A stretch of 64,000 nt of DNA, from NCBI GenBank assembly GCA_036785375.1, contig JAWMAR010000013.1, positions 9,424,001 through 9,488,000 of the forward strand. Reading direction: 5' to 3'. Shown here piece by piece: positions 24,303 to 36,727 of the stretch (position 1 is the first letter of the stretch; each line of letters starts with the position of its first letter). The position numbers were made by a program, and so were the translations under genes. This DNA is from Leucoraja ocellata (taxonomy: Eukaryota). The notes under the pieces are model-generated. The model saw only the letters and a list, made by a program, of their open reading frames with translations. It did not search any database and was not told the origin of the DNA.

Positions 24303-25216
24303 CAATGCACTCCATAATGTTTGGGACAAAGACCCGTCATTTATTTATTTGCCTCTGTACCCCACAATTTGAGATTTGGGATAGGAAAAAATCACATGTG
24401 GCTAAAGTGCACATTGTCAGATTTTAATAAAGGCCATTTTTATACATTTTAGATTAACCATGTAGAAATTACAGCAGTGTTTATACATAGTCCCCCCATT
24501 TCAGGGCACCATAATGTTTGGGACACAGCAATGTCATGTAAATGAAAGTAGTCATGTTTAGTATTTTGCTGCATATCCTTTGCATGCAATGACTGCTTGA
24601 AGTCTGCGATTCATGGACATCACCAGTTGCTGTGTGTCTTCTGTGGTGGTGTTCCGCCAAGGCTGTATTGCAGCCATCTTTAGCTTATGCTTGTTTGGGG
24701 GGTTAGTCCCCTTCAGTTTTCTCTTCAGCATATAAAAGGCACGCTCAATTGGGTTTAGATTGGGTGATTGACTTGACCATTTTTTCGCTTTGACAAACTC
24801 CTTTGATGCTTTGGCTTCTTTGACTTTCATTGGCACAACTTTGGTCCTCATGTTGTTAATCAGCAATAAAAGTTTCCAAAGGTGATGGAAAGACTGGAGG
24901 AAAGACTAGGTGCTGAGAGCTCTCTTATACCTGCATGAAGGAGGCATTTAAACACACCTGTGCAATTACAAATGACTGTGAAGCCATGTGTCCCAAACAT
25001 TATGGTGCCCTGAAATGGGGGGACGATGTATAAACACAGCAGTAATTTCTACATGGTGAAACCAAAATGTATAAAAAATACCCTGTAATAAAATCTGACA
25101 ATGTGCACTTTAACCCCATGTGATTTTTTCCTTTTGATTACAAATCTCAAATTGTGGAGTACAGAGGCAAATAAATAAATAATGGGTCTTTGTCCCAAAC
25201 ATCATGGAGGGCACTG
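24303..25216 (-). mobile_element. Second, more deleted copy of the same Tc1
   Basis: Same long TIRs; the right end ggagggcactg|ta keeps the TA. ORF 24558-24866 contains WSSQSPNLNPIE...ACKGYAAKY. Confidence 0.95.
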
Positions 25217-26689
25217 TACATAGTGACATGCTGACTTCACATTGAATTAACTTCCATCTCATTTAGACTACATTTCTTATTTCTGCAAATGTTAACTGCC
25301 CACTTATGCACCGAAGACTAAAAAACATTTGAATGTTTTTATTTTGTCACAACATTGTCAGCAGATAAGTATCTGAATGACTGGATCAATGTATGTCAAG
25401 TACTCCAATCATGCCAATACTGGCTGTCTCAATCCACGTCAACCACAATTTAAATTTTTTGTCAATATGACTCTTTGATTTAATGATAAAGAGGAAATAC
25501 GTCAACTCATACTGTTTTTAGATAAAGTTGTACGACCTGTCAATAATTCATACTTCACTGATGACTTGACAAAGCTTAATTTTGAATGACCATCTGGGAA
25601 TTCCCTCCTTCAACAATGTTTGTCATGTACTGTAGCTGTTTTAAATATTGGGGTGTTTGAAGTGGCTAGTGCTGTTTTAAGGGAGAGATGCTCTACAGGT
25701 AGGAGTTTCAGGTTCTTTTTACTGCCAAACTTACTGTAATGTCACAACAGGCTTCCCATTTTATCAGAAATTGCGTGCTGGGCTTCTGCTTGATTTACTT
25801 TGGGATTAGAATCCCTTTCTCGCAATTACAGACGTTCTCCACGTTTTAATGATCCCACACGTCCACTGCTCTCCCCGCTTGCTGCACTCTTCCCTTTCAT
25901 TTTAGCTATTAACTATACATTTTTAAATATTAAACTTTTGATCTATTTTGGAATGGTGCCATTAATCATATTTGTAAACTGAAGTTGGCATCTCATTCTT
26001 AATTTATTTTACATTACTAATGTTGCTATAATTGTGTATTCTAAAATATCTGGTGGGTTATATGATGACGTTAAAAATCATCGTCTATAAATATGTTAAC
26101 ATTAAGACAATTAAATGCGAATTTAAAATATTCCAATTAAAAAAATAATAATAAATTAGCATGCTAAAAATGTTGATGACTTTGCAAAAGAGGGGATTAA
26201 TATTATTGCTACTATGACTGACATTGTACCATCTCTGGTGGGAAAAAAAGATCTACCCAACTGTATGGAAAATCATGGAAATTGGAACGTGAGGTATCTC
26301 GGAGAGTCATGGTTAATTCAACATATCACAAGAAATTAGCTCAGTAATTGCATCCCCATACCTGGTATGTTTCTGCATGGTTGGAAAGCTCCATCATGGC
26401 TCTCAACAGTGTAATTCTGCATTATTTTTCATTTCCTTTGGAGTGCCAAAATAATATTTCCTCTCCATGGCAATGTGAACTGTTCTTGCTCTGAACAAAT
26501 ATGCCTCTAGGATTGACATATGGAAAAATAGTGTAGATAGCTGGTGTATGTATTTTTGCACTGGTGGAGGCCAAGTTCCAAGTCACTGCATACACATTCT
26601 CTCAAGCCCAAGAAGGTACAATCCTTATACTGGCATCCTGAGCGAAAGGGAAAGGTTGGGCAGGCTAGAACTGGCTCATGGTGAGATCT

Positions 26690-27427
26690 GGCAAACATAG
26701 ACAACTTCACTTCTCTTGGGAGTCAACTCTCAGCAAAAGCATATTCTGATTATGAAACCCACAATTATCTTTAGTGCATCATTGTGACTGAGGAAAAGGG
26801 TGTTGGCAAATCAAAATCTCAGACTGGACATAAAACTCGTGCATCATTGATCCCTTCTTTCCCATCTGTTTCTGACTCTTCGACTACTTTTACATAAAAC
26901 TTGAGAAATACCACCAGTACTATTTCCTCAAAATGTTCCAAATGCACTGGAAAGATGAAAACAAAATCAAGGGCCATTTTGTCTTCTAACTTTCCCAGCA
27001 CTGAGGTTCTTATTACATTAACCATCGTGATAGAGCAGATCAAGTCCAACAGAACCTTAAAAAGGTGCTGAATTCCAAGATCTGTCCAAGAGGAGATTTT
27101 ATCGGGGGGACAAATAAAAATATTTAAATGTGTCCTCATAAATTGCAGCAAACCCACATACTCCTGGGAGTCCCTGGCTTAAGATGGCTCAAAATGGAGA
27201 GAGCTTCTCTGTGCAGCATTGAGAACCTGAAGACTCCGTATCGTGAGCAGATGAACAGAAGAAGGAACATATCATCTCGTAAACACACCTGTCTTGTCAG
27301 GCATTTCCTGCCCCATCTGTGAACGGCTCTGCAGGAGCAATATTGGCCTCATCAGTCACCTTAGAACCCACAGAAACTGAGTGGAAGCAAATTACCCTCG
27401 ATCCCAAGAGACTGCCTAAGATGAAGC
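26690..27427 (+). mobile_element. Decayed RTE-clade LINE 3' part
   Basis: Residual F.SLGS.L, LEKYHQ..L..I.W.D, GGQ and WESLA motifs. C-terminal zinc finger CPICERLCRSNIGLISHLRTH (27309-27371). Short (aag/atg)n tail. Confidence 0.8.
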
Positions 27428-30085
27428 AATATTTTTTACTTAACTTCCTAGGAATTACTGAAAGTTATTTTCTTTTCCAGCCAGAAAGAATATTCCTTTA
27501 CATTAAGACAGTTCCTGAACGTCAGGTTTGGATAATGTTGTAATATTGGGCAAATCCATCCATTAAAGTGCAGTTATTGTATTGAAAGCAAATTTTCCGA
27601 GTTCTATAGCTCAAGAACGCCTAGAAGCAGTTTCCCTTAAAGTGTACTCTCGTTGTCTTGCATGCAGATATTCATGAGCATGGCCTACACATGTAACCTA
27701 ATGGTGCTGATGTGCAGAAGCCAAATCATATGAATGTCAGTTTCAGACCAGTTCATGTCATTCACAGGTTAGGATTAAAATGATGCTAGATACAATTATT
27801 TACTTAATCCAGGCATAAAATACAAGACCTAAAGCACCAGCCCAATTAATAATTTACATAATTAACATGCATATTAAACAGGGGCTAGACTTGCTTCTCA
27901 GTTACAATGACTGGGGTAATGAGGGCTAACAGCACAGCTTTGAGCATGAGTTTCCACGCGTGTGGCGCTAGTAATTCTTGCTTGGATTGACAAGTGCTAG
28001 ACAGCAGTCACAGCATAACTAAACCTGTTTGGCAGAATTAATCGCTGACAAACGGCACTTAAAGCAACGACATTGTTTGTGTCAGTTATTCTGTTTGATG
28101 TCACTGTTGGACTTAATAAATCAATAGTGTCAGTATTTGGTAATGTTTATAGCAGCAAGGTTTATTATTTCATGTGTCTGTCATGTACAAATAGTATTTA
28201 TCATGACTGTCTATAAATTATTACGGACAGAATGTTGCTTTGCTTATAAGATTCTAATGTTGTTTGAAGAACATTTTCTCGTTTAATCTTGCCGAGCAGT
28301 CCATTTCTTTTCTCTTTTTTTAGCATGCTTAATCAGATTGGTCAAATGATAGATATGGCAGTTCTTTTAACCAGTTTGTATATTTGAGACAGTTTCTGAC
28401 CTTGGCTGGAATGTTCTGGTATTGTGGCTGTGTAACAGAGGGTCTAATTGGTACTCTTACATTGATGAGACATTGATTATTGGTTCCATTTCCAGTAGGG
28501 AGGCCATTAGTTATCCTACCACAGTAAATCATCTGAGAATAGCGGCACATCAGTTAGAATGCTAATTCACTCTGCTGGCAGCGACCACTGTGAGATGACA
28601 GCTTGAAGAGGGGGATGTTAAAAATGGCAGCAGATTGGTATTTTAAAGGGGTGGGGAACTTTGTACTGATGAATAAGAAAGATGACATTTGGTGTCCACA
28701 TTTAACTATATTAGTTGTCCACATGGGGGTCAGTGTGCATGACCTACCTTAATTATGCTCAGACTGGTCAACAGCTGACTGAGAGTGTACCCTTTGGATA
28801 AAATGAAGAGAAAAAATGCCTGGATAATTAGGCCAAGTTTAACGGCAGGAGGTATGCAGTCTTGCTGCTGGCTTTTGTATATTCATGACCCAGGTTTATT
28901 GATGGAAGGATGGCTTTCAGTGACACTGTCATTTGCAAGTTGAAAGGTAGGCAGTGCTTGCACTCAGATGTGCCTTAAAGGGTCTTGCAAGGAGCTCATT
29001 TGGATGCTGATTACATTTGCATCTGCATTTCTTTGTTTCAAACTGTTTGGCAGACATCTGTTAATTTTAAGAGAGTGGCTTTGGTACTCCTCCTTGGGGG
29101 TTTAATACCACAGTTTAAATCAACCCTTGTTTCAAAAATCGTCATATATTTTCCTTTACCAATTTGAAATAAGTCAAAAATCCGCTTCAAACAATTTGCC
29201 ACAAAGGATAAAGCCGAAGCATATTGTTCTTTAATTATAGCATTCACTCATTTTAACTTTTTTGTGATGAAGAATCCTGCCGCATTGTAATTATGACCAT
29301 AAATAAGAGGTGTACATTGAAGCTCACACAGACTGTATAATCTCACAGTTAGAAAGGCCAATGAAGTTCATCAGCAATTTTGTTTTGTATCAGGAAATGA
29401 TTTTATGCCCTCATGTGCCGCAATACATCTTAAATAGCTGAAGATACTGTTCTGTTCGTTAAATCCTAACTAAACATAAACATTCCAATTTTGTCTTCAA
29501 ACAAATCGGCATTTTTCACATGATGGAAGTGGACGTGACACTTGTTCCGGTTTAAGCATTTTCCTTGCTCATCAGTCACACAATTTATGGCTTGGGTTTG
29601 AAATTTATGCCTGCGAGCCCCATCTATGTATTTACACCAATTAACACATAAACTCTAATTACCCAGATCAAGGGAGTTGGGAGTCCATAAATGGAAAGTG
29701 ACATGGCACTGTTCGGCAGCTGGCTGAGTGGCAAGGTGACGATAAATAGGAAAGTATCAATTAGAAGACATTGATGGTAATGCATCTGTGAACTGGGATG
29801 ATAAGTGTTTTAGCAGCTTTAGGTATCATTATCAGTGTGTGTCTAAAGGCTTAAGGGCTGCATAACCTCAAACACCTTGCTAAAATTGAAACGTTTAAGT
29901 TGTTTTCACTTTGATACTTTTTGTGCACATGAAACACTGTGCAAAACTTAGATTTTTATAATGGTTTAGAATATTGTAGGTTTATATATATTTTTTCTGC
30001 CTTTACATTTATGAATGAAAAGACATGAATCCACATGTAGTATGAAATGTAGAGAGTTTGGTATTCATAGTTAACGCAAGATGGT

Positions 30086-30208
30086 TTGAAGAAGGGTTCT
30101 GACCCGAAACGTCACCCACGCTTTTTCTCCAGAGATGCTGCCTGAGTTACTCGAGCACTTTGTGTCTATCTTCAGTATCAACCAGCATCTGCAGTTCCTT
30201 CCTACACA
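30086..30208 (+). mobile_element. Penelope pLTR copy with hammerhead-like motif (30086-30113)
   Basis: TTGAAGA-A-GGGT-TCTG-ACCC-GAAA-CG-TC, then 'ccagagatgctgcc...ccagcatctgcagttccttcctacac'. Confidence 0.85.
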
Positions 30209-30243
30209 TGGAGTTATTTGGTGTGCACTAGCAAGGAGTCAGT

Positions 30244-30505
30244 GTCAAGTCAAGTCAGTTTTATTTCTATAGCACATTTAAAAACAACTCTCGTTGACCA
30301 AAGTGCTTTACATCAGTACAGGTACTAACGTGATACATACATTGGAACATAGATCTAACAATACATACATGAATACATACATACAGCGCTCCCTCAGAGG
30401 ACCTCAAGAAACGCTTGTGAGTAGAAATAAGTTTTAAGTCTAGACTTAAAGGAGTTGATGGAGGGAGCAGTTCTGATGAGAAGAGGGATGCTGTTCCACA
30501 GTCTA
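30244..30505 (-). mobile_element. L2 3' fragment of a second L2 family
   Basis: (TTGAC)n tail, 'tgtaaagcactttgg..aaatgtgctatagaaataaa' 3' UTR, and residual LWNSIP..FKSRLKTYF. Confidence 0.82.
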
Positions 30506-31551
30506 GTGTAACTTCAGTGAGTAATAAAGGAAGGGATTTGTTCCCGCGGTTCACATAAGTAGTAACAAATGTGATGCAGTGCATGCAAGAAGTGCGTAGA
30601 GAGATTAATTTATTCATAACAACGGGAAGGGATTGCATTTTGGTGAAAATTTTCAGCTACGACTACATTATTTTCACCTTCTTGCTAAAAAGAAAAAGCA
30701 GTAAGAACTTGCGTAAAAGTATCGGATGAACTTCTACTGTTATAGGAGCAATGACATTTTAAAACCAAATGCAAACCCAGCCCTTTTTAGAATGATGTGC
30801 AGTAAATATAAAGTGATAGAATGCTTGGCGCTAGTGTTCGATGAAGAAATAATTTTGGGAGCCAAGTTATTTTTCATTCTACACTGCTTAGTTAATAGGA
30901 CTGTTTGGATAAAAGAAACACTTTGCTCACCACAGGGTGCTCTAATTAAGAGGTTCCCATTGTAATTATAACTGAAAGCAATTTGACTGGAGAAATTGGT
31001 TTTGATTACAAAGCGTAGTCCACCTTGTCTGAATGGAATAGTCCAGCTGAATACCGATCTAAGGTCTCCGATAACTCATCACAAAAACTTTCAATGCGTT
31101 AATTTGATTGGTTATTTCTTGTAGAATTAAGAAACTTATAACACTTTGTGAAGATTGAAATCAGTCAATTATTTGTGAATATAGAAATCAGTCAGTATGG
31201 TCGTATGATTATTATAAAGACACAAATAAATCCCAACAACAGATAGCCTGGTCATCTATATTTCAATGAAATCTGAAGATGTGAAAATATAAATGTTGTA
31301 GTTTATTTAAAACTTACTCTTTTGTCTTTGTTTTCTTGCTGCATTTACCCCCCTTCTTTTGTGTTGTACTGAATGAAATAGGTGGCAGTGCAGATACAAA
31401 CTATCTTGACACTGCCTTGTTGAAATGGCCATTTGGCTTGTTAACCCAGTGGTCAGTGAACTGTTAAATATCAGAAGGATTTCCCAACTGGATTTCAACA
31501 GATCTTCACCTGAGCCACAAACACCCTAACAGCCAACCTGATGATGGTTGC

Positions 31552-31649
31552 AGGTAGACAAAAATGCTGGAGAAGCTCAGTAATTAGGCAGCATCTATGG
31601 AGCGAAGGAAATAGGCAACGTTTCAGGCCAAAACCCTTCTTCAGACTGA
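31552..31649 (-). mobile_element. Penelope pLTR copy with intact hammerhead core (31617-31644)
   Basis: Minus strand CTGAAGA-A-GGGT-TTTG-GCCT-GAAA-CG-TT. Confidence 0.85.
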
Positions 31650-32730
31650 AATGGAATTGCAAATGGAAACCAATATAGTCAGTCCACCAGACATAGAAGA
31701 GACAAGGATCCTCGGATCTACTAAGACATTAGTAACCTGCAGTGCTCCATGTAGTTCAGTTAACGCTGAATAAGGTCAATTCTTTGCACAACATTTCTAA
31801 ATTATGCTTAGCTATACTACAAAAAAGCCTTTCTTATTTATTCAGAATATAAAGAGCGATCGTTTAGCGTAAAATATTAGCTTTATTCACTGCGCTAAGG
31901 TGAAAATTAGGATGAAAATTAATCTAATTTGGAGATTTTACGATTCAATTTGAATGATCAAAAGATTGAGGAAAATCTCAAAATAGTTGTTGCAAGAGGT
32001 ATTTATTTCCGTTGGTTAGATATTGTGTATTTGTTTCTTATATTGTCATTTGTGAAAAGCTCTTCTTTAAAATGGAGGGAGGAGGTCACAATACCAATAA
32101 CTGTGTTACTCTGGACTTTGAAGCATTGAAGCAGCTGAATATTGCTAAACATGTTGCAAAGAGAATTGGGATGCTTGGATTAGGTTGGTACTTTGGTCAG
32201 ATCTCTTCGTTTAGGTTAATGCCCGCTTTGTAAAATTCCTTTGTCTAATGCAGATTCCATACAGAAGTACAGTAATAAAAGAGCTGTAGATAATGTTGCA
32301 GTCTGTGGTATGTTAAATACCCGACAGAAGGTCCATTAACATAAATGTTTTAATCAGAGACACAGTGTTATGTATCTAAATTAAAACGTTTTGTGCATCA
32401 GTCTGCTGCAAAAAGCAGCATCATCATAATTAAACATTTTTGCTTTGTTTAAAAAGAACAATCCCAGGCAGCATTTAGAAAGTAAGAGTTGTATTGATAT
32501 AACTTCATGGGTCTCTTTAAACAGTATTTTAGTGTCAACAATAAATTCTTCCCACTTCATGGCTTCATTTTGTTTTGGTTTTTTTGTCATAGTGACCTGT
32601 TTGTCATTTTAGAATAAGAAACATGCTCCATTGTTCAACATGTCATTTACCTGGAAAAAATGGCTGATTTGAGGGACATGGAGCATTTCTTTAACAGAGT
32701 GCACGGATTTGCTTCAGGGCTGAGTGATAG

Positions 32731-32926
32731 NNNNNNNNNNNNNNNNNNNNNNNNNNNNNNNNNNNNNNNNNNNNNNNNNNNNNNNNNNNNNNNNNNNNNN
32801 NNNNNNNNNNNNNNNNNNNNNNNNNNNNNNNNNNNNNNNNNNNNNNNNNNNNNNNNNNNNNNNNNNNNNNNNNNNNNNNNNNNNNNNNNNNNNNNNNNNN
32901 NNNNNNNNNNNNNNNNNNNNNNNNNN
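32731..32926. other. Assembly gap (196 N)
   Basis: Run of N. Confidence 1.
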
Positions 32927-35900
32927 CTGAGCGAGTGTGCCATTACTGATAGCATTACTAGGATGAGCAGTACTTAGCAGTGATGGCATTTCTGCTGGAG
33001 AGTTTGGGTGGGACAAGAGTTAATAGCACTTCTAGCGGCACCAGGTTTACATGCTTTAGCTCTGAAACTCTGCAAGACACTTGTTCTGGCAGCTGTATGC
33101 AGCAAAATGTATTTGTTTGCTGGATATTGGAGTCAGCACATAAACATCAGTTCAATTTTGTGTGGCAACATGCAGCGATGTTGGCAGAATGAAGGAGTCT
33201 GTTTTGTTTATACAGTATGTGACAGTTTATAAAATGTATTTTGTGTGTCTGAAAAAGTTTGAAAGCAATCAAAATAACTCAACGTATGAACACATTTTGG
33301 ATGGGATGGATATATATGGTGGTTCACCTCTTGTAACTTTTTAATAGGGATACAGTAACTCCTCCAATGGTGTATTTTGATGTAAGACACTACCTGACTT
33401 ATGTGTTAATTTTATGGACAGGAAAAACTCATTTAAAAGTAATATTTTTTTGACAGAATTAATATCTGTTTGACTGCCTAAACTCAATCTAAACAAATTC
33501 AGTATTTAATTTGATGAATAGATGAAACCGTTTGCATTTAAGAGTTGTTGCTCCATTGCCTATGTGTTATTGGCAGATTACTGCCCACAGTTACCATAGT
33601 GACCATCCTATTGCCTTGTTTAATGTACCTTGGTTACATTCTGGTTCTACTCGGTTTATTAAAACCATTTTGTTCGATACTTTACTTTTTAAGATTTTGA
33701 CTTCATGACTTTGTGTTGAGAATCAAAACCAATGGGAAAACTCAGCACTGTAGAGAAATATTGAAAAAGATCTGTTCCAGTTTCCCTATCTATTTTGGCC
33801 TGCATTAGGAGCATTTAAAAAAAACTGTCAAGAAAAGTAACGTCTGCTGTGATGAATGGCAGGGATTTTCAAAATTGCTGTTAACGAGAAGAGTTTGCAT
33901 TCAGTGCATTTGTAATTAACTAATTATTCCAGCCTAATCTGCCCTTTGCCATATTTTATGTAACATTGAGTAGGTGAAGAAAAAACGGCATTTATAAAGC
34001 TCCTTCTTTCCCTTATTTGATGTGCAAAAGTATTTCAAATCACTGACCATCGATTGCTCTTGACATCTATGAAGGTGAATTTGATCTGCGGAAATGGGTT
34101 TTGTATATGTCTGAAGGAGCGAATTCAACAGAAACAGGCAAATTACTGTAATTTAAAGAGAGTGTAATTTACAGACTGCCTTTAGGCTAATACAGAGAGA
34201 GGCCAAGGATGTTCAGAGTGAGTGAAAAATCAGTTTCTCTTGAAGGGAAATGTGTGCTTTAGTATAGGCATTGCTTGTTGTGAGTGAATCTTTTGTTCTT
34301 TGAATTGAAATGAGCTGTATTTATTTATTTTTAAAACCTACTGCTTGATTATTGATTGAATTGGATAATGTGAAAAAGAAATAGCTTGCTACGGTAATAA
34401 TGTTCTGCCTCTCTTGAGATCCCAATATTTTTCTGTACAAACTAAAAGGCTAGCAGTGACACATTTGCTTTAAAGGAGCAGGTTCTATTGCGTATGTGTT
34501 GTCATGCATGTATTCTTTACAATCGAGTACAAAGTATATTATTCTCCAATGCTATTAGCAATAATATAAAATCACGTGGAGAGAACAATATACAAAGATA
34601 AAAAGGAAAATGTTGTGTTACTTTAATTTATTGAACAAAAGATGCAGAATTCATCCCAGCCTTCTCAATAGCTTGGATTTTTCTGAGTCGGACCTACCAC
34701 CTGCACTCGCCAACTGCGTCTCCATTCCCTTTTGCTGAGTATGGAAGACAATCTCGTTGTCCAGATGGTCCCTGAGCTGCGTGGAAATGCCCTAAGTGTA
34801 GTATGATGTAATGGAGTGATATGGACAAGTCGGAGCAAGTTATATCACAAAACACCCATGCAAACCTTTAACCATCTGCGAAGCATGGTCCAGCTTTTGC
34901 CAGTTGTCAGTGGTGCCAAGCTTTCTCTGTTTAAATTGGAAAAGAAATAGATAGTTACATGTGTTTACTTATTTACACCTACACACATTTAAAAAATATT
35001 TTGAAGGGCATTTAAATGACAATAATAATAAACAAAGTAAATAAAGAAATGTAGCCTAAATTCATTCTTCCTTTATTTTGCCCACACACACACACACACA
35101 CTCTCCTGTGCAAGTGAACGTGTTCAAGGATCCTGTGCCAGATCGATAGTGCCACATGGTTCAGAAGCAGATTCCTCGACATAAACATAGTCACAGAAAA
35201 CTTTGCTCTTCCACTGATTTCTGTGGGTAGTAAACCATTGGACCACAGCTTCAAAATGGACAGCGAGGCTGGACCAGTAAATGGGATTTCCGTGTTTATG
35301 TGGGAGTCATGAACCTACCATTTCCAACTAAATTCAGCTTATTGTCTGGCTTGGTGCAATAGTAACAATGGCTTTTTAAGACTACATTATTGGGCAGCAA
35401 TAAAATTGGCTTTTGTGCAGATCATTCAGATCTCTCCTCCCATTCAGGCAATCCAGCTGTATTACAAAATAATTAACCACATCATAGCACCTTCTCAGAG
35501 TGAACTGCTATCTCCATTTTCCATTCTTGCCTTCTTGCAGAAGGTAAACAGACCTTGTGCCCCAGGCTAAATTAATTGCTTTGTTTTATAACCTTCCATC
35601 CTCTACCCTCCCATACACGCGCACACTCAGAATGTAACTTTCTCAAATGTGCACAGTCACCATTTAAAATGTGAGCATGGTCTACAGATAGGATGAATCC
35701 TCTCATGGCTCGTTCAGTGATTTGTGTTCTGTATGAAATTTAAGCAATTCAGACTAGCTGTAAAGTTGACTCCATTGCTAACTTGCAATAATGTAAAAGG
35801 TGAAAATGATAAAATTATTAACTAAATTAAGACAGAAGCAGTGTAGCAAAATTCTTCACCCATTTTTATGAAAGACTAGACTAAGTGGGACCCGTTGGGT

Positions 35901-36126
35901 CCCAGCATCACGTGGGAGGGCTGGTCCCCCAACGCAATATTCCACCTCTCCACCAGTACGGGTGTTGTGGGCTGAAGGGACTGGTTTCCAGAGGGCTCGT
36001 ATGGACATTGTGGGCCAAATGGATTCTTGGCCTGGCGGCTCAGTCACTCATGCCTGTTGTGCTGGCAGCTCACTCACTCACGGCTGGTAGGCTGGCAGTT
36101 GACACGGCTATTCCTTGAAATTCCAT

Positions 36127-36244
36127 TTCAAGCAGGGTGCAAGGCCACCAAATTCAAGTGCGGTTTCTTATCACTTCAAGCAGGGTGCAAGGCCACCAAA
36201 TTCAAGTGCAGTTTCATACCTTTTCAAGCAGGGTGCAAGGCCAC
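36127..36244. repeat. 48-bp tandem repeat (~2.5 copies) inside the Helitron
   Basis: ttcaagcagggtgcaaggccac starts at 36127, 36175 and 36223. Confidence 0.93.
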
Positions 36245-36608
36245 TAAAGACAGCGAGTCGTGACCTCTCCCTCCTCCATCTTGCAGAGACTGAGCCACGC
36301 CCACACTTCTGGGTTTTATAGTCCCTCCCCCTCCCACCAGAAGGAGCGTGGCCTTCATGTCATGATTGACAGGAGAGCGAATCTCAACATTTTTTAAACA
36401 CTAATAACTCTTTTATTTTTAATCGATGGGAAAAATCCTCAGCACCTGATGAGTGGAAGGGGACTCTAAGATGGCCAAAAATCACAGCCATACGTGGTAG
36501 CGTTTTTTCTAAAATCAATATAAAGCGCAAACAGGAAGTGGTCAAGATTAGACTTTTAATTATATAGAAGGCAAGGCAACTTTAATTAGGCAAAGCAACT
36601 TTAATTAG

Positions 36609-36727
36609 GCAACACAGCTTTAGCATTTCCAAACCAAAGGCAACACAGCTTTAGCATTTCCAAACCAAAGGAAACACAGCTTTAGCATTTCCAAACCAAA
36701 GGCAACACGGCTTTAGCATTTCCAAAC
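36609..36727. repeat. 31-bp tandem repeat (~4 copies) inside the Helitron
   Basis: aacac(a/g)gctttagcatttccaaac starts at 36611, 36642, 36673 and 36704. Confidence 0.93.

Noticed and set aside
32647-33016. ORFs spanning the N run, and a minus-strand CAG|GTAAAT donor at ~32650
   Set aside because: ORF lengths are artefacts of the gap, and the short peptides are unrecognisable.
34640-34800. GC-balanced, exon-looking stretch
   Set aside because: The minus-strand frames I translated gave no recognisable peptide and no convincing splice pair.
36127-36727. Regularly spaced repeats resembling a CRISPR array
   Set aside because: The units are contiguous tandem copies without unique spacers, inside a eukaryotic Helitron, and there are no cas genes.
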